Shown: in pieces, positions 63,627 to 64,000 of the stretch | Layout: each line of letters starts with the position of its first letter | Position numbering within the stretch: position 1 is the stretch's first letter | Assembly (NCBI GenBank): GCA_045805745.1 | Contig: JBJMKP010000001.1 | Location: forward strand, 86,054 to 150,053 | Direction of reading: 5' to 3' | DNA: 64,000 nucleotides | DNA from: Solirubrobacterales bacterium | Lineage (GTDB): Bacteria > Actinomycetota > Thermoleophilia > Solirubrobacterales > 70-9 | Program-made: the position numbers and the translations under genes | Notes under the pieces: model-generated | Database searches by the model: none | The model's input: only the letters and a program-made list of their open reading frames with translations | What the model was told of the DNA's origin: nothing

Positions 63627-64000
63627 TCAGGCGGCCGCTGCCGCCTCGGCCCCCACCAGCCGCCGGTAGAGCCGGCGGTAAGCGCGCGCGGTGCGCTGGA
63701 TCGAGAGTTCGCCTGCCCGCTGTTGGGCCCGCTCGGCCAGCTCGCCCCGCAGGTGGCGGTCGCCGATCAGCGTTTCCAGCACCTCGTGCAGGGCACGCTC
63801 GTCGTTGGGCTGGACGAAGATCGCCGCATCTGTCCAGAGCTCGCGCAGCGAGGGGATGTAGCTGAGCACCAGGGCGCAGCGCTCGCGGGCGGCGGCGAGG
63901 ATCCCAAGCCCGGAGGGCTCGTAGGCAGTCGGCGCGGCGAAGATCGAGGCGCTGCGTCGCAGCTCGGACAGGGCTGAGGGGCCGAGGGAGCCGGTGCTCT
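63627..64000 (-). CDS. glycosyltransferase family 1/4 (partial, 5' end off window)
   Basis: My translation upstream of the track's GTG stays open to the window edge: ...IFAAPTAYEPSGLGILAAARERCALVLSYIPSLRELW, a GT1 E-x7-E-type region. Confidence 0.75.
   Translation of the reverse strand, partial: STGSLGPSALSELRRSASIFAAPTAYEPSGLGILAAARERCALVLSYIPSLRELWTDAAIFVQPNDERALHEVLETLIGDRHLRGELAERAQQRAGELSIQRTARAYRRLYRRLVGAEAAAAA

Overview
High-GC (about 70% by eye) actinobacterial-type chromosomal segment. F420/LLM, MMPL, mycothiol-type ADH and many leaderless or overlapping starts fit Actinomycetota, possibly the Thermoleophilia/Rubrobacteria grade, at low confidence. I support about 70 protein genes and 3 tRNAs: Pro-UGG, Arg-UCU and His-GUG. 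I saw no rRNA, CRISPR array, transposase or integrase. Most of the window is ordinary housekeeping or accessory metabolism: msrA, pdxH, kup, a csoR-copA copper module, a TetR-SDR-BVMO-P450 operon, an ADH/VOC cluster, MMPL/MarR, an M23 peptidase and a sulfatase cluster. There are also several large secreted repeat or beta-propeller proteins. The most interesting region is a roughly 4.2-kb lower-GC islet starting 22 nt after tRNA-His (26130..30426). It carries a SAMHD1-like HD phosphohydrolase whose stop overlaps (GTGA) the start of a small Panacea/SocA-like protein. It also carries a 417-aa orphan with TIM-barrel/TGT-like motif spacing, a 183-aa orphan and a Cro-like HTH. The last two genes face each other across a 29-nt AT-rich, apparently leaderless, switch region. 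I read this as a candidate undescribed defence or toxin-antitoxin module; that reading is inference only. Secondary oddities: a KdpD-lacking-sensor/KdpE pair wired next to kup instead of kdpFABC, a chimeric 11-mer-repeat protein with a C-terminal E3-binding-like domain, a lysine-rich C-terminal module shared by four secreted repeat proteins, an FGE-like/Cys-pair-propeller/sulfatase operon, and several clean palindromic operators and hairpins. All calls rest on reading the sequence and the ORF track. No database search was run. Many long ORFs in the track are antisense shadows typical of high-GC DNA and were rejected.
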